DNA from: Bigelowiella natans CCMP2755
Taxonomy: Eukaryota; Protista; Cercozoa
DNA: 64,000 nucleotides
Assembly (NCBI GenBank): GCA_000320545.1
Contig: ADNK01001953.1
Location: 62,001-126,000, forward strand
Direction: 5' to 3'
Under the pieces are notes generated by a model that was given only the letters and a program-made list of their open reading frames with translations, did no database searches and was not told where the DNA came from. Of the stretch, positions 1-11,893 are shown one piece after another. A program made the translations under genes and the position numbers. Position 1 is the first letter of the stretch. Every line of letters starts with the position of its first letter.

Positions 1-70
1 GTGTGTGTGTGTGTGTGTGTGTGTGAGAACACAGATATATATATATTTATATTTGTTTTTCTTTTTCTCT

Positions 71-168
<98 letters not shown>
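71..168. repeat. Compound microsatellite (CA)14(TA)21(TG)14, a perfect 98-bp palindrome
   Basis: Read directly: CA 71-98, TA 99-140, TG 141-168; equals its own reverse complement. Confidence 0.95.
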
Positions 169-169
<1 letters not shown>

Positions 170-241
170 TGGAGGAAAAGAAAAATAGAACCCTGCATTG
201 CTGGGTGGTAGAGGAGGAAGAGGGCCTATGTTAATTACTTA

Positions 242-700
242 CCGAGCGAGATTATGTACGTATGCGTCTGTGTGCTCGTCGCTTTCGTCGACGAGCAAGA
301 TGTACACACGCAAAGTGTAAAATATAGCAGTTCCGCATTTATACTTTTACTATTGCATGCATATCTAGGCGTCTTTACTTTGACAAACATATGATTGAAA
401 TTCTCTTCTCTATTTGGTTCGTATGATGATCGAAATTAACAGGGTTGTCGCTGGCATCCTGAGAGGAAAAATACCTGCAGAGGATAAACACATGCAGCAA
501 TAAGCGAATGACTCCAGTCGTAATCCATCGAACGATATCTGTGGATCGATCGTCGTGTAGAATGCTTTTTCATCCTTTCTCCATCATCTCCATCACTGCC
601 CTGATGCTCCTTCTCCTCCTCCTCCTCCTCTTTCATTCCAACCTGCTTCACATCCCCACAAGCTTACTGCGACTGTCCATTACCTGCTGTAAGCAAATGA
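242..700 (-). CDS. Possible 5' exons of an unidentified gene running off the window start
   Basis: Minus-strand donor-like sites (CG|gtaagt near 242, CAG|gtattt near 474) follow complex coding-like sequence (e.g. ILLVDESDEHTDAYVHNLAR). No recognisable domain; frame not resolved. Confidence 0.25.
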
Positions 701-1869
701 AGAACAACACTAGAAATTTCTGTCTTCATGAAAAGTAGTTGAAATAGGTCCGCATAGCATTCGGTTTTTCCTGATATTTCACCGATTCTAATGCAATGTA
801 AGGATCAATCAGTTTTTCGCTGCTTGACGGAAAAAACCTTTTTTTTACCAATTCACGCCCCCTCCCCCCCCTCTCCCGTTGAAGGGGAAACTCTTGACTG
901 TGTCATCATTTCTATTTCTTCCTGCAAAATGCTAAGTGCATCACCTTTTCCATTTTTTCCAAAAATCGAGATGAGGCAGTAGTATAAGCAGCAAGAAATC
1001 AGCATTACGAAGCTGCAGGCAGCTTCGATGACCGAACCATAAAACACACAGACACACCTATATAAGTATATTTCATATAGCCTTCGACGCGTCTACCACG
1101 CAGAAAAGGAAAAAAAACAGTAAAAACCGCGGCAGAGAGTAAGCGACGTGCGTCAAGGATATAATCTACTTTTACAGTAGTATTGATTCGAGAAACATGC
1201 AAAAAATGTTCCATTTTGCACGCAACACCGCACAGGCTATGGATTGATTAGAGAGAAGGAACATTTTCCAACAAGGCCCAGGCTAGCAGGCAACATTTTT
1301 TGTCTCTGTTTATTGCGTGATCTTGGTTTCATTTTTTAAAGGCATAGTATCAAGTTCCGATTAGTCGTTCCGTGCATGCTAGAATCGCCCCCCGCGAAAA
1401 TTACTGATACTAAAAACTATTGATTCGATCGTTTGGTTCGTGTTCATGCTGAACGTGAATCCACTTACTATATCTAGACACCTTGCTATGTTGCACATGC
1501 GGTCAGCACATGTCTAGCTGCAATGTAAAGCGGACCACACTAGCACACTCTACTAGTCTATCCAGCTATATATATGCTGTTTGCTTGGCATTGCATATGC
1601 TACACGAAGATGCGGAACGTATATGTGGCCATCCAGCGTCATTGTTGAACACATCTAATACATATGCGGGCATGCATGCAATACGTACGTGACAAAAGAC
1701 GTGCGAAGCGCACAACTATGCGCATGTATCGTACGACGGTCTTGGCTCCGTCGTCGACGTTATGTGGTCGTATATAAATAATATTATATATAATAGCTAG
1801 ATAGCCGCTTCGCGAGGAGTATTATTCGCTCATTATTATAGAATTAAATTGTTCTAAACTCAACAAATT

Positions 1870-2419
1870 AATAGGAAATGCATTCTGGGCAGAATAATCA
1901 TCATTGTTATCATTTGGCTTCTTACGATATGAGAGAGATGCTTATATTGCATCGTTATTACGTACCAGATATCATCAACCACCTCCCTACTCAATGAACA
2001 CATCGACCATGCCTCACATGCAGTAGTAGGACAAAGGTCTGACGCATTGTGATATTATACCTCTTCGATCCTCGTCATATAGTCATCAAGCCATTGCATT
2101 ATTCTCGACAAACTGCAACGTATATTCGCTCTGATTTATAACACATAAACAGAGTATCGGCCACAACAACTATAGAGCGCATGCGCGCGATTATCAAAGA
2201 TGGTGAATACTTAATGAATGGCACACTACCCTTCCCTCAGCTCCGCGGTAGTTCATTGCCTAGGAATATAGAATTGATGAGAGGGGATCATTAATGACAA
2301 GAACTTACGAATGAAGTGACTAATTGACTGAATCGCTGCTGTGTGAGTGATGATGACACTCGTCAATAGCCCCAGCCGTTATTGCAGTATATCGTGGTAC
2401 AGTAGGCCATTACCACCTC

Positions 2420-2473
<54 letters not shown>

Positions 2474-2691
2474 CTCCCCCCCTCTCTCTAGCACTCCGTA
2501 CCTTTCTTTGGCGATACATCAGGCACATGGTGCACGGGCCCCAGCATGGACTTGAAGCAACAACAAACGATAACAACAACAACAACAACAACAACAACTG
2601 ATTACAGGCATTTTTTTTTGACTTGTTTTTCCCTCTCCTTTTATCATCTCCGCTTCTCATCCTCGCTATTTTTTCTTCGAAGTAATAAACA

Positions 2692-2723
<32 letters not shown>

Positions 2724-3359
2724 AACTGCTACTACTATGAAGTACTGTCTCTATTACAGCATTTGAACGCAATCGGCGAATAACCATTGCGACCCACGAG
2801 GCCCTGAAAAGGCTTTAGAAGCGAGGTGGTATGCCATCAAGGCTGGAATCATCAACAAGTGCAAGACAGGTGGTAGTAAAAGCAGTAGTAGCAGTAGTAG
2901 AAGTGGTAGTAGTAGCAGAAGAGGATGATCTTTACAATCGATGTGTGTAGTAGTAGCAGTGTAGCCTCTTAGTTCCTGAAGTCGTCAATCATACCTTCTC
3001 CCTCACGTAGTGTTGGGAGGTTGTACTTGTTGCGAAATCGTGCAAGTATGTGCCCTTGGAAGCAACACGAATAGTACTGAGATGAGAGAAATACGGGGGG
3101 GGGGATGGGAGAGTGGGGAGAGTGTTGTTAGGAGTAATAAGTTTTCCAATTCAATACGGACGTATATTGTTTAGATATTGCGAACTGCATATGATCAATC
3201 ACATTTGCTTACAAACGTATGGACATACCTGCGGGCAGCAGATACAAGTGCATATTGCGCAATAAGGGCTGTTGTTTGATAACGAGAGGAGGAGGAAGAG
3301 GAGGCCAAGTGGTAATCAATGAAAAGAAATTTGGATAAAACAGGGAGGACGGTTTCATA

Positions 3360-3396
<37 letters not shown>

Positions 3397-3411
3397 ATTA
3401 TATTTTTTTGA

Positions 3412-3442
<31 letters not shown>

Positions 3443-4662
3443 CGTATGTGTGCGGCGTTGAAGTGAAAGCCATTTCTCTGTGTATATGTACGTCGCACAT
3501 ATTCATCACCTTCATCATCAGCATTATCATCATTATACCCCACAACCCACTTGCTACACCCATCCACCATTAACAACAACAATAGTAATAACAACAATAA
3601 TAACTGATCCCAGTATGATGATGGTGACGATGTTCACTCGTTTGTAAGCAATTGCATCCATCATCCCTCGACAGCCTACTACAATTGCTGCTAATATTAT
3701 TACTACTACTACTAGTAGTAGTAGTGCTACTACTGCATTACTAGGAAAGGATGCAAGACCCACAGAAATTAGGAGCAAAGTGCCAGCCCTCGCTCCCAAT
3801 ATCCTGAATGGATACGTGTGCAATCGATATATCGGTGAATTCATTTGTGGGAGATGGGTGTGTGAGAATATTGAGGAAAACAGGAAAACGATGATGTAAG
3901 AAGGTATCGCCAGTAAGAAACGATACAAATTAATAGTAACGATACAAAATAGTAACAACCAAGTGAGGGGGTAATTACTATTATCATCGAGTAAAGAAAG
4001 TGAGTGCATATTCTTGTTATATTCGCGTTGTTGTTCTCTGTAATGTTCATATTTGCTAGTATATAAACATCGTTCGTTCTCTCTCTCTTTCTCTTTCCCT
4101 CTCTCTCTCTCTCACACATCATAAACGTCGCAGCCGAGTTCGCAGAACATGCATAGTCCGCAACTAATTCGTATATACAAACAACAAAATAAACAACAAT
4201 ACGGCATCGGTAGCACCACCAAAAAATAGCAGCAAGAACAACGATGTGAGTACACAACACACATTTTGCCCAGTGTTTTGTAAAATAGTTGTTTGCTAAG
4301 ACAGAGGCGCAGTGGGATCATGCTAGTGGTAGAAGTAGTAGTAGCAGTAGTAGTGGTAACAACAATCAGCGATTGATTGATAATGATACTACCAGCTTCC
4401 ATAAATGCAGACGAGAGGCTCATCAAAGCATGAACAAGTTTTGCCCACCTAATGGAGGAGGGTGGAGGGGGGGGGAGGGAGTGGGAGATTGTTGGGGGTT
4501 ATGGGGATTTGTGAGTGATTGCGTGAGAGTATGGAATATGGAGGAGATAGCTACTACTACTACTACTACCACTACTACTACTACAGCGACCCATTGGTTA
4601 TTGTTGGCCAATAGCGGTGCATTTCCTCCGCCGTCTTCATCAATTACTGTGTTTATACATAT

Positions 4663-4728
<66 letters not shown>

Positions 4729-5625
4729 GTGTGTGTACATGATTGTGTTTGTCAGTTGTGGCACCAATGAGGAAGAAGAAATTCTCAACAACCAAAGAGT
4801 AGCAAAAGATGAATTGAAAAGAAGGGCGAGAGTTCCAATGAATACATCATGTTTTGCACAGAGAAGAGCGCACATGCGATAAACCATAGCGTAATATTTA
4901 GTAAAGTGTTTAACGCTAGCAGTATAAGCACCTAATTACTATTGGAAAGTATAATAATACTTTATCGCTGTACGTCAAGTTGATTATAACGTAAAATCAG
5001 GTTGGTCGTATAATTAGAAATTAATGGTGATGGTGGTGATGTCGACCCACTCCGTATTGTCATCAATCGGAAAAAAAATTTAACAAACAGATCAAACTCT
5101 GTTGTACAACCTTGAGCCAGAGGCTCAGCAGGGACCACGACGCCCGTTACCACTCCCGTTACATCTGAATCCACCGCCTCATCGTGACCATATGCTTGTT
5201 TCTGCTGCTGCCCTTGAAGATGTTGTTCGTTTCGAAGCTGATTGCAGTATGGAATCGACATTCAAAGGGGTGCGAAAATAGGATAACATTCATCCTCATG
5301 TTATTCACAAAATCATCCGTTAATAATACTACCGTTTGCCCACAGTTTCCGCAGGTGAAATACTAGTCAATTATTGGACAAGAAATAGAGGATAGATACA
5401 GCAAACAAGAAGGAGAAACATACAAAATTAAATCAGTAAGAAGGGCTGAAATGGCTCAGGATCGTGCTCTCATTGGCTGCTGCACTGCTGGTTCTACAAC
5501 TACTACATATACTACTACTACTACTATAGGTACTACCTCGACATGATTGGGAGCCTCAAGTTCAGTGCTACACGACGGGCAGACAACCTAAGCGTGTTGC
5601 ATTTGAGCAGGGTTTTAGTTATATA

Positions 5626-5672
<47 letters not shown>

Positions 5673-6350
5673 AGTAATATTGGGTAATATTATATATATA
5701 ATATGTATATAAATGTACATGTATATGTGTGTGTGTGTTCATCGCAATTAGTATATATTCCTTTAAGTAGCTGTCACACATCATCATATCCCTGTTTCTA
5801 CTACTGATACCACCACCACCACTACCACCACTACTCGTACTTGAAGTGAAACAAAACTCTGAGGAATGAATGAAAAATATCTTTTGTTTTCTCTTCGGAA
5901 TCGGGAAAACCGAATTGTTCATCGCCACAAGATCATATCTCCAACAAAATAATCTTGTACATGGAGGCGGTATCGAATGCAAGCTTTGCAACTTGTAACA
6001 AAAAGTGTTTTGACAAATGGACATCAAGGCTGTGTACTCTCATTAGCAGCTATCGAGTTGCTGAGCTCTGAAGGGGCTCAGGATGGAAATTTTATCTCAG
6101 ATGTTTTTCCGATATATTCATTTTAAACAGTTAAAACTAGTAATCTGTAGTGTAACGCTACGACATGATCTGCTACATTATGTGGAGAGATTATCCGTAA
6201 ATTATCTTATCAAATACCACCTAAAAGCAGGATCAGCAGCACAACACAGCCAACAGCCACAAAAGGCGTCAGGAATGAGTTGGCAGAATGTTCTCCGAAA
6301 ATGCAGGTGCTTTCAAGGATGAGTTTGCGGACAACAGCAATATTTCCTTG
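1870..6350 (-). CDS. Multi-exon Cys-rich membrane protein, PLAC8-like motifs in the C-terminal half (boundaries approximate)
   Basis: GT-AG-bounded exons translate as YYSCCFQGHILARFRNKYNLPTLRE (~3078-2996), SSPCWGPCTMCLMYRQRK (~2560-2501) and DLCPTTACEAWSMCSLSREVVDDIW (~2038-1965). These resemble the PLAC8 RxxxRxKYNI and CxPCxxCQxxR motifs. Several hydrophobic exons lie upstream (3600-4890). Start codon not resolved. Confidence 0.45.
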
Positions 6351-6411
6351 TCGTTTTGGTAAAATAGCCTGTGTTTGAGTGTAAAGGAATTCGAACCACT
6401 CGCTCGAGCGA

Positions 6412-8602
6412 ATGGATGCTGGCGTAGGTGGTGGCGATCCAAAGTCACGTCCAAAGCGGGCTGCCTGGAGAGGGCCAAAGCCCTGGAATGGAAATGGTAT
6501 TTTACGATACGGATATATGATGAATGAAATTGCTATTTGGTCGTTCATTTGGCTGCTGCCGTCAGGATCATCGAGAGAGCAGAAGCGTCGTGACGAGAAA
6601 CAGTTGGAAAAGGCGTTGAAACAAGGACATGTGGTTCTTCTTGGACGAAGGCGTCGTAGCAATGTCTTAGCTTCCCCGTCGAAGCCATCTTTTGAAAATA
6701 ATGAGCCTTCAGCTACTTCAATGCGACAGCCTGAGCAGCAGCTGAGGCAAAAGGAGCATCATGGAAGCATAGAAAGAAATGTTACCACACCAACTGCCAT
6801 ATCTTCGTCTTCTTCATCCTTCGAGAGTAGGGGAATAGGACAGTGGTCACGCAGAATTAATGTGAAAGCACTAGATGAACATAAGGGCATTTCCACTCTT
6901 TGTCCCATATGCGGTGCATCCATGCCTCCTTCCAAGCTTAGATCGCACGTCAATCATTGCCTCGATCACCAGGTAATGACGAAACTATAAGCAGCAGGAT
7001 ATGACAACTTTAACTGTAATTCACAATTCACCCCCATGAATGCTCTCGCATGCTACCATTACTTCGTATGGTCCAATAGAATGCGCTGTCATTGAATTCA
7101 ACAACCTCATCTATAGCAAATCTAGATCTTCATTCAGTTTACTTGATGCTCATCAGGAAAGAGAATCGTCCGTTGCTTCTTCTCAGGACCTATCCTCTAT
7201 TATTTCAATCCCACCATCAACTTACTCGTCCTCGAATGGAAGGCACCGTAGACTGCCACATCGACAACAGCAACAACGTCGCTATTCATCATCTTTGGCA
7301 TCATCATCATCAGCAGCAGCAGGAGCAGCATCACCACCATCTACCTATGTACCTCCATGGAGGCGAAGGCGGGAACAACGATACCTCAACAAAGCAGCAG
7401 CAGCAGCAGCAGCAGCAGGACCATCATCATCATGCTTTGGTTCAGGGAGAAAGATAGGTCAGTTGGACTTTGATTCCGTCCTCGCAGTGTCAAGCAAGAC
7501 TCTGGAAGAGCGAAGAGAGGGGGAAAGACGACGAAGACGACTGCAAAGAGAGCAGCAGCAGGAGGAGGAGGGAGTTCCACGTAGCAGCGGCAATCAACAC
7601 CATCACCATCATCATCATAACGGCAGGAGGATGGGATTAGGAGGGGGGGGATCAGTGGATGGACTCCTCTGGGAAGCACCCACATTAGAGGAAAAAGCCA
7701 AGTTTGTGCTGCTCATTGAACAACAGGCCCGGGATGATGCAGAGCGAGAGAGAGAAGGTTATGAACCTGTTCCTCCACAATATTTTATTCTTTCATGATA
7801 CTGTTGGCCCTTATCTCCCTCATTCTCCCTTTTTCCAATGAATGAATTCAAATTTACTCCTTGATGCCTGTGTTAGAGCAAGAAAGGGAGAATAATCAAG
7901 AGGCGCGAAAGAATCAGCTCTCACAGAGACCTAAATACTACCATCCTCCTCCCAAGGGCAGTGTGGGGGGGGGGCAGGAGTGCGGAGTTGATGCTGCAGC
8001 TGCAATGATGGCAGCAGCATTTTACGACAATGATCCAAACAGCACCACCACCAACAATACCAGCTCCTCGATGGTACGAGTGCATACGCAATCTAATGAT
8101 GATGATGATGATGAAGATGATGATGATGTGACACCTACGGGATCATAGCAACAACATCTAGAGTCAGCATATGTGTATATTGTTCTCGTGTGTAGAGTGC
8201 TTTGGTGTCTCAGTGCTGATTCCATGTCCATATTTCATAATCTCAGTACATGTATGTTGGACTGCTATTTATACATAGGGTTACGTGGTACTGCGTAACC
8301 GTAGAGATCTGGAACAGGGGTTAAAAGCCCTCCTAGGCAGCAGCAGCAGTACCTGCAATGGTGATAGTAAAAACAGCAGCAGTCGTTTGGAAGGAGCAAG
8401 GATCACAGGGACCACCTCTTCATCAGATGAGGAAGCTGCTAAAATAGCTGCTGCAATCGCATCATCGACAGCCCATACTGCCACCGCTACAGCATCCTTT
8501 TCAATGGCATCACTCTTCCCTCCTAAGTCATCGTCAGAAAGAGCGCTCATGGCGGCAGTTCTAAAGGCCGATGTAGTAGTCCATATCCACCATTTTATGT
8601 CT

Positions 8603-8652
<50 letters not shown>

Positions 8653-8908
8653 TTTGGTGGCAGTGGAACCGTAGATGTGCAGACACATTAGGACACCCTC
8701 TAGTAATGCAGGAGAGGAAGAATGATATATACCTAATCACTCTGTGATATGTAGGTCAAAGCAGTAGAGAGCTTTCTCCTTCCAAGGAGGCCAATTCGTA
8801 CGTTGCGACAAGCACTGTCGCTGCATGTTGCATGTTTGCTCGGATACGCTGATATCACTAGACGACTCGCAAAGGTGGTTGTTTGGTTGTTTGGTTGGTT
8901 GGATCATG

Positions 8909-8943
<35 letters not shown>

Positions 8944-10681
8944 CCATAATAAAGAGGAGATCCATGCTGCTGCCTGTTCTGTACTTCTGGCGTGTATATG
9001 ATAACAGCAAGAATACGATTGGCATTTTGGTATGGTGAAGAAGAAACGGTGGAGGCGATAACGATGTTTGATAGATATTTTATATGGTGAGTGTTAATTA
9101 GTAATAGACGTTGTTTTTGTTGTTGTTGTTGTCGTCGTAGCGGCATATATTCTCTTTGGCAGCCAAAGACAGTCGTGGGAAAACAGCTCTACATATTGCC
9201 TGCATCTTCGGTCGTTCGGAGTGTACAAAGGCGCTGCTAGAGGCGAAAGCACCTGCACACGTGAAGGACAGTCGCACCTACAACACGCCTCTTCATTGTG
9301 CAGCACAAGTAAATGCAACGGAGTGTATCAAGGTTAATATTCTTGTTGTTGTTGATGATGATGATGATGATGATGCTTGGTGTTACCCTATCAATGAGAT
9401 TGCATGTTAGGAATAATTTACGTGAGTAATACCTATGTATTGGTTGGGTGGTCAAAGTAGCATTGTCGTTATTATCCCTTTCAACCCCCCCCCCTCCCCC
9501 TCAGACTCTCGTTGAGGCAAAAGCCAGCCTGGAATGGACAAACAAGAAAGGCCACACCCCGTTGCATACTGCGTGCATAGCGCAATCTCCAGACGCCGTT
9601 CAGTGCATCTTGAAACTGAGGAGAAGAAGCAGGATGATGGGTCATGAAAGCAGCAAGAAGAAGATGATGATGATGATGAACCATAATAAGCCTTCTTCCT
9701 TCTCTTCTTCTTCTTCTTCTTCAAAACAAGCAGGTGGAAGTGTGAGTAGAACAGTTATCTTTCAGCATCATAATAAATTATTATTAGATGATTTACGCCA
9801 TTCATACAGAGACCGACCACATTACCCGTGTTTCTATTCGCATTGATACTGATGACTACATGACTATGTTGTTTCACTAGACGGTCCTTCCGGTAGTGTG
9901 GAAGCTGCATTTTCTAGTCTGTCTTCAAAACAAAGGCAGAAGAGAGAAGGAGAGACCGCTATACTGCTGGCCTTAGAGCACGGATCTTTGGAATGCGCCA
10001 AGATACTGATCGAGGAGGACGGTGCGGTGATGGATGCACGATGTGCTGCCATCTGTAGGAACACGATGCGGTCAATTATGCGCTCTTGGCGTTCCGAGGC
10101 TGGGGAGGTAGAAGCTAAGTATGCTTATTTCCCATCAAGGCCAATCTTTAGACCGCAGAGCAGAAACAGCAGCACAACAAATACGACATCAAAAATAGCA
10201 GCTTCTACTATTGCTCGAGGGGGGTGGCAGGAAAGAACGCTGCCAAAGAAAACGAGAATAACAACAACAACAACAACAACAACAATATTCCTCTCTATGA
10301 CACCAGTGATGATCTCCCAGCGACAACGGTGATTGTGTGTTTATGCCATGTATAAGTAGCAGTAGCAGTAATAGTAATAGTTGTAAATGATGTGCTAAAT
10401 TTGTCCTTCCTTCACCTAAAAATCGCGACCATTCTCTCACAGAGATATCATTGTCATCGTAGTCATTTGCCTAGGTTGTATGTTGCTTGAGGTCCTCACG
10501 GTGCCTCTCAACCTCCTCCTCCTCCTCCTCCTCCTCCTTATGTATGATTGTAACTTTTTACCACTACAGAGAGAGGCCATGGCATTGCTGCCTCCTTCGC
10601 TAGTATCGATTAACATGTGGAACTTACTTGCCAATCAAGAACTTTGTGACGTGTGGTTTCGACTCAAAAAGAATAGGTATT

Positions 10682-10713
<32 letters not shown>

Positions 10714-11139
10714 AACAGTGTAGTAGTCTTAGTACAGTAATAGCAGCCTCATTGGATAGACGTGTGATGATGATACCCATGATTTGATGACATTCACAGT
10801 GCTGCAATATGAAAACGGTGTTGTCTATCTTGCTGTCTCTCCCTTTGTTATTTTGCTCCTAGATACGTTGGCGCTCATAGAATCGTCTTGGCAGCTCGAT
10901 CCGAGTACTTTCGCTCACTCTTCAACGGTCATATTGGAAGAGGAAGGAGGAGATCAAGAGAGGAGAAGGAGGTCGGTTCAGAGGAATAACAAATAACACT
11001 TTAGTTATCGTTTGATATGTGCTTTTCTCATTTCACAATAGAGATATTGCATATGTTAGATCATAGTAGTTGTGTTAAATGAAAACATAGTATTATTCAC
11101 TCTTTCTTTCACCTCATACTACCCCTGTCTTCGTTGTCG

Positions 11140-11173
<34 letters not shown>

Positions 11174-11854
11174 CTATTGACTATCGGTTTTCAGGTTGTA
11201 CATTCACTAAATTTCGTATCTGTGGAGAGTTTCAGTGCGTTGTTAGTGTACCTTTACACTGGAAGGACGCCACAGTGCACTACTAGCACTGCTACCTCTA
11301 GCAGCAGCAGTAGTAGTAGCAGGAGGAGGAACTTTGAATTGGATGATAGAAAGAAGGCAGTGTCTTCATCATCATCATCTTCTTCTTCTTTCGAGCAATT
11401 AGTAGAGGTATAATTCCAGTAGAAATGCCATTTTACTTTACCGCAATATTAATAGAAGTAGGTAGGAGAAAGAAGACTCCTGGATGTTGGCATGCTCTAA
11501 ATAGCACCTCAAGATTATCTGCCCCCTGGCGGACAGTCATAGCTTATCATCATCATCATCATCATCATCATCATCGTCATCGTCGTTGTTATCATCGTCG
11601 TCGTATTTGTCTTCATTCTTGTCCGTATATCAGGTTTTGGTGTACTCGAATATGCTGATGCTGTGGCCTCTCAGAGACTTCGCAGAGAAGGAACTGACTA
11701 GTCAATACCTGGATAAACACAATGCTCGCCATCTATTAAACATTGCGTCATTCCACAACGCCGATAAACTAGCGGCTGCAGCAAATATCACACTTCTTCT
11801 CAGCGCTCCTACTGATGATGATTTCAACTCTGATGGTATGTATGTGCGTGTGTA

Positions 11855-11893
<39 letters not shown>

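Noticed and set aside
99-140. Similar lengths (about 30-45 bp) of many microsatellites as a biological length control
   Set aside because: Could simply reflect assembler or k-mer collapse; cannot be judged without reads.
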